A DNA stretch of 64,000 bases, taken from assembly GCA_016931155.1 (NCBI GenBank), contig JAFGFJ010000001.1:7050-71049 (forward strand), read 5' to 3'. Below, piece by piece: positions 28,736 to 37,234 of the stretch (its first letter is position 1; every line of letters starts with the position of its first letter). The translations under genes were made by a program, and so were the position numbers. The notes below the pieces were generated by a model that was not told the origin of the DNA, ran no database searches, and saw only the letters and a program-made list of their open reading frames with translations. This DNA comes from Candidatus Dojkabacteria bacterium. Lineage in GTDB: Bacteria; Patescibacteriota; Dojkabacteria; B142; JAFGFJ01.

Positions 28736-28869
28736 TCATGATTGTATATGTACTTGCATTCCTGCCATAATTTTTCTATTGTTTTTCCTATCGCTATTGT
28801 TTTTGTTTTAATTTTTGCTATAGTGTTCAGACAAAGAATTCTACAAATATATTACTTATCACCATCACA

Positions 28870-29298
28870 ATGGATCTAGGTCTAGAGGGACAATATAGAG
28901 AAGCAGATACACAGCAACGCAACTTTGGCAATGTAGAGGACCAGGAAGAATTTACGATAATTAACCCAAAAGATGTTCTTTCTTTTTTAGAGAAGTCAGT
29001 TGGGGAAATTTTAAGAGGAAGAAAGGTCACAGCGGTAAAAGAACCTGTTACAGGAAAAATTGTGAACAAATTTACTCCCTGGATTCCTGTCAGGATTGAG
29101 AATGTAATGAGATCGAGCGTAGGTGTCACGTGGGAAAAAAATGGAGCTAAGGAATGGGGACTTACTGATTCATCTATTCCTAACAGGAGCACTTTTCCTC
29201 CTCAATATTCAATGGCTGGATATTTTTGGTACGAGTTTGGGACAGGAGAAGGTTTAGACGGAACAGGGGATTTTCTTCCGATAAATTCCAGACTCTAA
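28870..29298 (+). CDS. Hypothetical protein; lone plus-strand gene inside a long minus-strand block
   Basis: 142-aa ORF with protein-like composition (FTPWIPVRIENVMRSSVGVTWEKNGAKEWGL...). It was preferred over the overlapping 121-aa antisense ORF at 28827-29192. Confidence 0.4.
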   Translation: MDLGLEGQYREADTQQRNFGNVEDQEEFTIINPKDVLSFLEKSVGEILRGRKVTAVKEPVTGKIVNKFTPWIPVRIENVMRSSVGVTWEKNGAKEWGLTDSSIPNRSTFPPQYSMAGYFWYEFGTGEGLDGTGDFLPINSRL

Positions 29299-29373
29299 TA
29301 GCACAGATACTATAGAAATTCGAAGAACTCGATATTCCGGAGAGATTTTTGAAGCCTTCTTACATTTAATCTA

Positions 29374-30000
29374 CTATAGCTCAGTCCTTCCCTCGATCGC
29401 TCTTCTCAGTGTAGTATAATCTGCATATTCCAGATCAGCTCCCGTAGGTAGACCTCTGGCAAGACGGGTAATTTTTACTCTCTCCAGCACCCTATTTTTA
29501 ATTTCCTCATAGATGTACATTGCTGTTGCCTCTCCTTCAAGATTTGGATTTGTTGCAATAATAATTTCAACACAATCCTGCATACCCTCTATCCGTTTTA
29601 TAAGCTCAGATATTCTAAGATCCTCCGGACCAACTGAGTTGACAGGAGAAATCACGCCACCAAGAACATGAAAAACACCCCCGAACCCTCCTTCCTCCTT
29701 TATCCCAACCCTATCAAAAGCCACAACATCAAGTGGTTCCTCGACCACCATTAGAAGATTTTGATTTCTTCCGGGATCAGAGCAAATCGAACATGGAGAA
29801 TTTTCTGTAAAGTTATAACAAATCTCACAGGATTTGACCTTGTTTTTTACATCAAGAATCAGAGCAGAAAGCCTTTCTGCACTTTCCCTGGAAGCACGAA
29901 GATAGTGATAAGCCATGCGAGCAGCCGACTTTGGTCCAACACCAGGAAGTTTTTCGAACTCCTCGATTAATTTCTGAACAACTTGAGGAAGAGCTGACAT
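29374..30000 (-). CDS. recR: Recombination protein RecR
   Basis: HhH (KLPGVGPKSAARMAYHYL), C4 zinc finger (CEICYNFTENSPCSICSD), Toprim domain. Confidence 0.85.
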   Translation of the reverse strand: MSALPQVVQKLIEEFEKLPGVGPKSAARMAYHYLRASRESAERLSALILDVKNKVKSCEICYNFTENSPCSICSDPGRNQNLLMVVEEPLDVVAFDRVGIKEEGGFGGVFHVLGGVISPVNSVGPEDLRISELIKRIEGMQDCVEIIIATNPNLEGEATAMYIYEEIKNRVLERVKITRLARGLPTGADLEYADYTTLRRAIEGRTEL

Positions 30001-30018
30001 TGTTTCTTAGTATCCAAA

Positions 30019-30324
30019 TTAACTTCCCAGCATGCCTTTTAGTTTGTCTATATCCATATCCTTCGTCATTTCCTTTCTTAATAACTTCTGAGCTTCCTCC
30101 ATCGCTTGCTTTATCTCCTTTTCAAGATCCTTTTTTCTGTCCAGACTCATCAGATCATCAGAAATATTGATTTCCAAAATCTCTTGAGTCCCATCAATTA
30201 TTATTTCCACGTGTTCATCCTTTGAAAGACCAGAAATTTTTTTCTCTTTCATTTTTTTCTGCATTTCTTTCGCCTCTTTTTGAAGCTTATACAACTCCTT
30301 TATTTTTGAGAAAGCACCTGCCAT
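30019..30324 (-). CDS. ybaB: Nucleoid-associated protein YbaB/EbfC
   Basis: ~100-aa coiled protein in the dnaX-ybaB-recR position; conserved family pattern. Confidence 0.8.
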   Translation of the reverse strand: MAGAFSKIKELYKLQKEAKEMQKKMKEKKISGLSKDEHVEIIIDGTQEILEINISDDLMSLDRKKDLEKEIKQAMEEAQKLLRKEMTKDMDIDKLKGMLGS

Positions 30325-30374
30325 GATAATAGATCTAAAAAATAAAATTATAGTCCCGGGATTTTGAGACTCAT

Positions 30375-32003
30375 TTATTGTTCTTCAAGCATATCACCAA
30401 AAACTTCTTCTACCAAGTCTGCATTATCAGTATCTTTTTCTTCTTCAGCTATTTCAGACCTCAACCCTTCTTCTATTATACACGAAGGAACGAGGGAGAC
30501 ATTTATTAGTGCCTTAAACACTTCCGAAATTACTTTTCTGCTTGCATGTTCTTCTATTCTCGATTTATGAAATTTGAAAGGAACCTTAAGAATAATTTTG
30601 TCCCCCTTAATTTCAGAGGGCTCTGCCTTTAAAAGAAATGCCTGGAGATGGTTATTATGAGGCTTAATTTCTTCAAGAAATTTATCCCACATTTTTTTGA
30701 TCTTTTTAATTTCAGCAACAGGGTGTTCATCGCTCTTTCCTTCGCTTATGCTCTCACTCTGTTCTTGCTCTTGTTCTTGTTCTTGTTTACTAACAGTTAT
30801 ATTTTTATCCTTTTCCTTTTTCCTGCTCGTTTCTTCTGTTACTGAGGAATTCTTTTTGATAGAAAACTCCTCTATGGCTGCCTTCTTCTCAGTAGTATTG
30901 ATTCTAAATGGAGCTTTTCCCTCACCTTTTTGTATACCCGGATTATCCTTTTTGTACCCACAGATATCAACAATAGCAAGTTCAAGCGGAAGAATTTGTA
31001 TTGTTGCGGCCTTCATTTGAACAGCACATTCAGAAAGGATTCTTATCATTTTGACCAAATCTTTGAGATCAAAATCTATGCCGATAGCATTTTTCTTTGA
31101 TTCAATTTTGTTATGAATAAGTACCCTTCCAAATTCAAGCAATTGTTTCAAAAATTGAATGAGGCTCAAACCCTGACTATTTATCTCGTAAAGAACTGAA
31201 AATGCTGAATCCAAATCACATAAAACTAGAGATTTCATCATACTTTGTACTGCTCTTTCGTCAGTTAGACCCAAAATTTGCCTTACTTCATCAAGAGTTA
31301 TACTCCGATTCTTCAATGATTCAGCAGATCTAATTACTTTTTCAAGAATAGTCTCAGCATCCCGAAAACTTCCTCCCCCACCATTAATTATAATATCAAC
31401 TGCACCTTCATCCATTTTTACTCCCTCCTTTTTCAGAATAAGTTGAATCCTCTTTTTTAAATCTTCATCATTTGCAAGTTTAAAATCAAACCTTTGCGTT
31501 CTTGAAATAATAGTAAGCGGAATTTTATGCGGTTCAGTTGTTGCAAGGATAAAGACTGCATGCTGTGGAGGCTCCTCTAGAGTCTTTAGAAGAGCATTAA
31601 ATGCCTCAGTAGTGAGCATGTGAGTCTCATCAATAATATATACTTTGTTCCTTCCTTCTGCAGGTGCAAAATTGACCCTTTCTTTAAGCTCTCGGATTTC
31701 ATCAATTCCTCTGTTTGATGCGGCATCAATCTCAAATATATCGAGGAATCTCCCTTCGTTTACTGCTTTGCAAACAGTGCACTTATTACATGGCTCACCA
31801 TCTTTTAGATTGAGACAATTTAAGGCTTTAGCAACTATTCGGGCAGTACTGGTCTTTCCCGTTCCTCTCGCCCCAGAAAAAAGATATGCATGAGAGTGCT
31901 TTCCGTCTTTCAAGGCCTTCTTGAGTACTTTGGAAATCCAATCCTGTCCTACTATCTCGTCGAATCGTCCTGGTCTATACTTTTGATAAAGAGTAATTGG
32001 CAT
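30375..32003 (-). CDS. dnaX: DNA polymerase III subunit gamma/tau
   Basis: YRPGRFDEIVGQD..., Walker A GARGTGKTSTARI, zinc module CLNLKDGEPCNKCTVC, SRC/arginine finger region. Contains a (QE)n low-complexity linker. Confidence 0.85.
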   Translation of the reverse strand: MPITLYQKYRPGRFDEIVGQDWISKVLKKALKDGKHSHAYLFSGARGTGKTSTARIVAKALNCLNLKDGEPCNKCTVCKAVNEGRFLDIFEIDAASNRGIDEIRELKERVNFAPAEGRNKVYIIDETHMLTTEAFNALLKTLEEPPQHAVFILATTEPHKIPLTIISRTQRFDFKLANDEDLKKRIQLILKKEGVKMDEGAVDIIINGGGGSFRDAETILEKVIRSAESLKNRSITLDEVRQILGLTDERAVQSMMKSLVLCDLDSAFSVLYEINSQGLSLIQFLKQLLEFGRVLIHNKIESKKNAIGIDFDLKDLVKMIRILSECAVQMKAATIQILPLELAIVDICGYKKDNPGIQKGEGKAPFRINTTEKKAAIEEFSIKKNSSVTEETSRKKEKDKNITVSKQEQEQEQEQSESISEGKSDEHPVAEIKKIKKMWDKFLEEIKPHNNHLQAFLLKAEPSEIKGDKIILKVPFKFHKSRIEEHASRKVISEVFKALINVSLVPSCIIEEGLRSEIAEEEKDTDNADLVEEVFGDMLEEQ

Positions 32004-32326
32004 CTGAAACTATGTGAAGATAATGGATCGACTAATCATAACTCAAAAGAACCGACAAAAAAAGTAAAGAAAAGAATTATGAATCAATTAGAGACATAAC
32101 AGCGTAATCTGCCACACTGTTTAGAAATTCTACCCTTCGGAGAAATTGACCAAACAACTAATATCCACCCCTATTCTCTTCAAAATATTTTTCAGAATTC
32201 GAAGAATCATTTGATATCGAACACTACCATATAATACAAAACTTCCTGGATTATTGGCACTCAAAACCCTCAGAACCTCTAAAAATCTCTTCTAAAGGTT
32301 CCCTGTCACATTTATATTCCGAATAA

Positions 32327-32560
32327 CTAGGATTTATCTGCATATCTTGTAATTTTACTCCTCCTTTCTCTAGTTGCAGTTCTTCTTCTTCTTTTGGTTT
32401 TCTCCCAGATTTTTCTGTTCTCGTGCTTCAGTTGTGTTGGCTTTACATGGTATCTATTTTTCTGAAGCTCAACAGGAATATTCTCTCTATTTGCCTCACG
32501 CCATAGCATCTTCAAAGCCTGATCAATTGGCATATCATCTGTTACGATTACTGACATCAA
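32327..32560 (-). CDS. rpsU: 30S ribosomal protein S21
   Basis: 77-aa basic protein MMSVIVTDDMPIDQALKMLWREANRENIPVELQKNRYHVKPTQLKHENRK. It follows the S21 pattern, a small basic protein with an Arg/Lys-rich tail. Confidence 0.65.
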   Translation of the reverse strand: MMSVIVTDDMPIDQALKMLWREANRENIPVELQKNRYHVKPTQLKHENRKIWEKTKRRRRTATRERRSKITRYADKS

Positions 32561-32687
32561 AAAACACCTCCTATAGTTTTAATAAAATACTAGGTTAGGA
32601 TTATAACACACAGAGAGCTACAATTTACTACATTCAAAGAGCTCAGCTTACTGCACTTAAAGGGTCAAATTCAATACTTAATACTTA

Positions 32688-34265
32688 TTAGCTTACAAGA
32701 CCCCTTACCAGCTCGAGTATCCTCGGAATCCACTCAAGCATAATAATATCTTTCAGGATGATCACAATACTTAAAATTATAATAAACAGAAAAGACAGTT
32801 TTGAGATTATCTCTTCACTTCCAATAGGAATTCTTTTCCCCCTGATTTTTTCAAGCGCCAAAAACATAAGATGACCACCGTCAAAAAGCGGGATCGGCAG
32901 AATATTCATAAAGGCAAGGGCAATACTTACCAATCCAGTAAGGTTGAGAAGATCGGAGAAATTATTTGCTCTCACAAGATTGTTAACTTCATTTGCAACA
33001 ACGACAATACTTCCTACCCCGCTGGCTACCGGTTCTACACTTCCCTGAACAAACGAATCTCTTACCAGCACACCCAGCACCTTAATTTGATAGCCAAGAA
33101 TATTTATGGAATGGAAAAATCCTGACAGAAGCTTCGAATCCGAGTAGTCAAGATGGTAAAACTCGAGATAAATGGTTTCATTTTGTGACAGCACAGCTCC
33201 AATGACCGGATCATCCTCTTTCACTTTTTGTAGAAGTTCCATTTCCACAATTTCTATTTCCCCCTCCTCATTAAGAATTTTTAAAGAAACTGTTTCCCCT
33301 TGATAAGCCTCCAGCAACTTAATAAAATTTTCTACAGAACCTGTTTCTTCGTCATTAATCTCGAAAATAATATTCCCCTTTACTAACCCCGCCTCATGTG
33401 CAGGGAAATTCTCGCTCACTCCTGCTATCCTGATTTTTCCCTGAACTTCCTCATCCAGATTTGTATCAAACTCTGAGGTGTTTAGAGTAATAGTCTTATC
33501 AACAAAATTTCCCCCCTCATCAATTAGAGTATATTTTACCTCTTCCCCCTCATTCTCTTTAAGAAAATTTGAGAATTGCTCTCTACTTTGAACAAGTTCA
33601 CCATCTATTTTCCAGACTAGAGTTCTCTCCACTCCGGCTTCCTTTAGCTCTTTAGTATAAGCGTCAACAATAATAGGCCTTTCGTCCACTCTTTGTTTTG
33701 ACCCCCAGAAATCATAGTCTGTTCTCTTGCTTATCTCAGTCGTAAAACCACCAAGAGAAAAATAAAGAAGAAAAATAAGTATTGCAAGAAGAAAATTCAT
33801 CGTTACACCAGCAACAAGAACAAACGCCCTTTTGAAAACAGACTTGTTTAAAAAGCTATCTTTACTTGTCAACAGGGCAATTCTTTCCTTACCAATTTTT
33901 ATCAATTCCTTTTTTTCAGAGTCCTTGAGTTCAGCCAGTCCCCATATTTTTTTAGACAGTTCTTCCCTGTCAGTAATCTTATAAAGATCGTACTCCTTCC
34001 ATACATTTACAAGTTTTCCATCAGCTTGGATATCATTACCTGGCAATTCACCATAAATCTTTACATATCCTCCAAGAGGGATAAGATTTATTTTATACTC
34101 AGTTCCCCTTATTTTCTTTCCTAGAAGCCTTGGACCAAAACCAAAAGCGAACTCTTCGACTTTTGCTCCAATCAGCTTGGCAGCAACAAAATGTCCAAGC
34201 TCATGAATAAAAACGAGAAGACCAAGAATAATAATTAGGACAAATAACGACAAGATTAAATGCAT
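32688..34265 (-). CDS. rseP: RIP (site-2) zinc metalloprotease RseP, M50 family, with PDZ domains
   Basis: HELGHFVAAKL (HExxH in TM1), internal PDZ-like regions, C-terminal LDG-containing TM. Confidence 0.8.
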   Translation of the reverse strand: MHLILSLFVLIIILGLLVFIHELGHFVAAKLIGAKVEEFAFGFGPRLLGKKIRGTEYKINLIPLGGYVKIYGELPGNDIQADGKLVNVWKEYDLYKITDREELSKKIWGLAELKDSEKKELIKIGKERIALLTSKDSFLNKSVFKRAFVLVAGVTMNFLLAILIFLLYFSLGGFTTEISKRTDYDFWGSKQRVDERPIIVDAYTKELKEAGVERTLVWKIDGELVQSREQFSNFLKENEGEEVKYTLIDEGGNFVDKTITLNTSEFDTNLDEEVQGKIRIAGVSENFPAHEAGLVKGNIIFEINDEETGSVENFIKLLEAYQGETVSLKILNEEGEIEIVEMELLQKVKEDDPVIGAVLSQNETIYLEFYHLDYSDSKLLSGFFHSINILGYQIKVLGVLVRDSFVQGSVEPVASGVGSIVVVANEVNNLVRANNFSDLLNLTGLVSIALAFMNILPIPLFDGGHLMFLALEKIRGKRIPIGSEEIISKLSFLFIIILSIVIILKDIIMLEWIPRILELVRGLVS

Positions 34266-34274
34266 ATTTGTATA

Positions 34275-34814
34275 TTATACAGTCATAAGTTCAGTTTCCT
34301 TCTTTTTTCCGGTCTCTTCAATTTCCGAGTTTACACTATCAATCATTGTTTGTAATTCTTTCTCTTTTCCCTTTTTCTCATCTTCACTAAACCCCTGCTC
34401 ATCAATCCAATCAAGAACTTCCTTTCGAATCACTCTTACAGCAATTCGAGAATCTTCAAGCTTGTCTTTCATTACTTTAACATACTCAGTCCTTCTCTCT
34501 TCACTAAGAGGAGGAAAAGAAACTCTCACAAGATCTCCATCAACACTAACCCCAAATCCCATCTCAGATGTTTTAAGAGTCTTCTCAACTTCATTGATAA
34601 GAGTTTTATCCCAAACATTTACCGTAAGAAGTCCAGCGTCAACAACATTTATATTGGCCACCTGATTAAGTGGCATCTTCTGTCCATATGCATCCACAGT
34701 CATTCCTTCTATTATTTGCGGATTTGCCCTGCCGGTTCTTATTGCGGCAAGCTCCTTGGTGAGATGATCTAAAGCACCGGAAAGCCTGGTTTGAGCCTCA
34801 CTTAGAAGAATCAT
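34275..34814 (-). CDS. frr: Ribosome recycling factor
   Basis: RRF consensus (AIRTGRANPQIIEGMTVDAYGQKMPLNQVANI...). tsf-frr adjacency, with no pyrH in between. Confidence 0.85.
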   Translation of the reverse strand: MILLSEAQTRLSGALDHLTKELAAIRTGRANPQIIEGMTVDAYGQKMPLNQVANINVVDAGLLTVNVWDKTLINEVEKTLKTSEMGFGVSVDGDLVRVSFPPLSEERRTEYVKVMKDKLEDSRIAVRVIRKEVLDWIDEQGFSEDEKKGKEKELQTMIDSVNSEIEETGKKKETELMTV

Positions 34815-34844
34815 ATTGGTTATAATAAAAGGTAACTTGCTCTA

Positions 34845-35474
34845 TTATATTTCATCTATCCCACAAGCACCAGATACCTGTGCAATTTCAAACCTGGCAA
34901 ATCTTGCTATCCGGACATTCTCTCCAATCTTTGCAAGTGCCTCTGCAAGAAGGTCACCCACTTTTTTCTTTTCGTCTCTAACATATGGCTGTTCCAACAA
35001 AACATTTTCTGTATAGAACTTTTGAAGTTTACCCTCAATTATTTTCTCAACTACTTCTTTTGGTTTCCCCTCCAATTGATCTTTGCTCTCCTTGGTAATG
35101 AATTCCTTTTCCTTATCGAGAACTGCCTGAGGAATATCCTCAATAGTTATGTATAAAGGTTTTGAGGCAGCGATATGGAGTGCAACATCCTTACTTAGTT
35201 GCCGGAAATCTTCCGACCTTGAGGCAAAGTCTGTTTCTGAGCTCATTTCAATCAAGACTCCAATTTGACCATCACCATGAATATAAGCAGCAACAACTCC
35301 ATTTTCTGTTGCCCTGCCTGCTCTTGCTGCTCCTTTCGCAAGTCCTCTTTCCCTGAGTATTTCAATCGCCTTTTCTTCATTGCCTTTTGCCTCCTCCAGA
35401 GCAGACTTCACGGCGCCGACACCAACACCTGTCCTTTTCCTTAGACTTTTTATTTGATCTAAAGTAATTGCCAT
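34845..35474 (-). CDS. tsf: Elongation factor Ts (short form)
   Basis: UBA-like N-terminus LRKRTGVGVGAVKSALEEAKGNEEKAIEILRERG plus the dimerisation/core region. Confidence 0.85.
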   Translation of the reverse strand: MAITLDQIKSLRKRTGVGVGAVKSALEEAKGNEEKAIEILRERGLAKGAARAGRATENGVVAAYIHGDGQIGVLIEMSSETDFASRSEDFRQLSKDVALHIAASKPLYITIEDIPQAVLDKEKEFITKESKDQLEGKPKEVVEKIIEGKLQKFYTENVLLEQPYVRDEKKKVGDLLAEALAKIGENVRIARFARFEIAQVSGACGIDEI

Positions 35475-35500
35475 ATCGAATTTGTTAATAAATTAATCTT

Positions 35501-36562
35501 TTAGTCGGTCTTTTTGACCGTGTCTTTAACCGCTGCTTCTTTCTCCTCTTCAGCCTCTTCTTCAGCCTTTCGTTCATCAGACTTTCTTTTTATCTTGACC
35601 TCAGTAACATTATAATCTCTTACATCATGTTTTACGCCTTTCCCTTCATTTCCTTCTATGACTGCATCAGCAAAGCATTTTGCAAAAAGACCAATAGAAG
35701 CAAGTGCGTCGTCATTCCCTGGAACAGGATAGTCAACAACCTCAGGGTTACTATTTGTATCGACAATAGAAACAACAGGTATACCAAGCCTTCTAGTCTC
35801 GGTCAGAGCAACCTTTTCAAAATTTGAATCAACTATAACTACGGCTCGCGGAAGCTGTTGCATTGTTTTTATCCCGCCATATAGTCTATTCAACCTTTCC
35901 CAGCCTTTTTTCATCCTTGAAACTTCATATTTAGTCTTTCCCTCAACCCCTGATTCAAACTGATTTTCAATGTCAAGAAGCTTTTTAAGACTTTTTTTAA
36001 TAAGTTCAAAGTTTGTCAGAAGTCCTCCGGGCCACCTATTTACAATGAAGTGCGCTCCTGCTCTCATTGCTTCACTCTGGATAATATCAACTGCCTGTCT
36101 CTTCGTTCCAACAAATAAAATATCGCCTTCCTTTGAGGCCTGTGTTAGAAAATTTAATGCCTTCTCAAGAAGCTCAAGAGTTTTATTTACATCAATAATA
36201 TGAATATCCCACCTTTTGGAATAAATATAGTCCTCCATTTTCGGATTAAGTCTCTTCGCTTTATGTCCAAATTGAACACCCGCTTTAAGCAATTCCTGAA
36301 TTTCAGGAAGTTTTGCTATAAGACTTGTCTCTTTTTGTTCAACTTTTTCAATTGTTTTCCCGGTTTGAGAGACAGCCCCAATTTTTGAAGTATCTTTTTT
36401 TGTAGAAACTTTCTTCTCAGGAGATTTTGGTGTCTTCTTTGCTTCAGCAACAGACTTTTTGACTGTTTTCTTGGTCACTGAAGCCTTAGTCACAGTAGTT
36501 ACTTTCTTCTCTGCCTTTTTTGGCGGAGATTTTTTTACGGACGACTTTTTCTTTGTTGTCAT
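35501..36562 (-). CDS. rpsB: 30S ribosomal protein S2 with a ~95-aa Lys/Thr-rich N-terminal extension
   Basis: Core S2 consensus (LLKAGVQFGHKAKRLNPKMEDYIYSKRWDIHIIDVNKT...). The N-terminus MTTKKKSSVKKSPPKKAEKK... is low-complexity and basic. Confidence 0.85.
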   Translation of the reverse strand: MTTKKKSSVKKSPPKKAEKKVTTVTKASVTKKTVKKSVAEAKKTPKSPEKKVSTKKDTSKIGAVSQTGKTIEKVEQKETSLIAKLPEIQELLKAGVQFGHKAKRLNPKMEDYIYSKRWDIHIIDVNKTLELLEKALNFLTQASKEGDILFVGTKRQAVDIIQSEAMRAGAHFIVNRWPGGLLTNFELIKKSLKKLLDIENQFESGVEGKTKYEVSRMKKGWERLNRLYGGIKTMQQLPRAVVIVDSNFEKVALTETRRLGIPVVSIVDTNSNPEVVDYPVPGNDDALASIGLFAKCFADAVIEGNEGKGVKHDVRDYNVTEVKIKRKSDERKAEEEAEEEKEAAVKDTVKKTD

Positions 36563-36724
36563 GTTTTTCCTTTATTAAATTAAATTGTGCGCTTTCCGCA
36601 CTTCTTCCCACTCAAGACCTGAAAAACCAGGAAGGAAACAGTATGAGAGGTGCTTATTTAAACCGGCTAATGATAACAGAAATACCGGAAACTATGCAAA
36701 TCACCTTTGTATGAAGAATAAGGG

Positions 36725-37165
36725 TCATGGCTCAAAGAGATCAGAACGTGACCTGCTCACCTCCTGATTGTAATTAACAGGCTGAATGAGCGATTTCTGA
36801 GTCTTCAGGATCATCGCATTTAAGACGCTTTTCAAATCCCGTGCCTCAGAATTTGAGAGGTTTTCAATGACAAACAAAGTCGCCATTGTATTCCTCCTTC
36901 GGACAGTTATTTTTGACCCGGAAAATCCCTGATTGACAATGATATCACCCAAATCCATCGTTGGGTAAGTCTCCTGATGTTCCCAGAATCCAAATTTTGA
37001 TTTCTTGATTATTGATATTCTGCTCGGATAAATCCTTATAGTAATGGATTCTGTCCAAAAAGGTTTGGAGATATTTACAACATAAAGTGGAGATCTTGAC
37101 GCTTCTGAAAAATCCTCGTCATTTATTATCAAACTCTTTTGAATAAAATTGCTTGCATTTTGCAC
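36725..37165 (-). CDS. Hypothetical protein
   Basis: 146-aa ORF with no assignable motif. Confidence 0.35.
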   Translation of the reverse strand: MQNASNFIQKSLIINDEDFSEASRSPLYVVNISKPFWTESITIRIYPSRISIIKKSKFGFWEHQETYPTMDLGDIIVNQGFSGSKITVRRRNTMATLFVIENLSNSEARDLKSVLNAMILKTQKSLIQPVNYNQEVSRSRSDLFEP

Positions 37166-37234
37166 CTCTTGTTACCTTTGATAATAAGAACGTTCGATAA
37201 TTGAAAATATAACGGGTTTTCTTACGGATTTATC

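Noticed and set aside
28827-29192. 121-aa minus-strand ORF
   Set aside because: It is mutually exclusive with the 28870-29298 plus-strand ORF. Its translation is Ser/Pro/Phe-rich with low complexity, so it is less protein-like.
30745-30790. (GAGCAAGAACAA)n repeat as a possible independent repeat element
   Set aside because: It is in frame within dnaX and encodes a QEQEQEQ low-complexity linker between tau domains, so it is not a separate feature.
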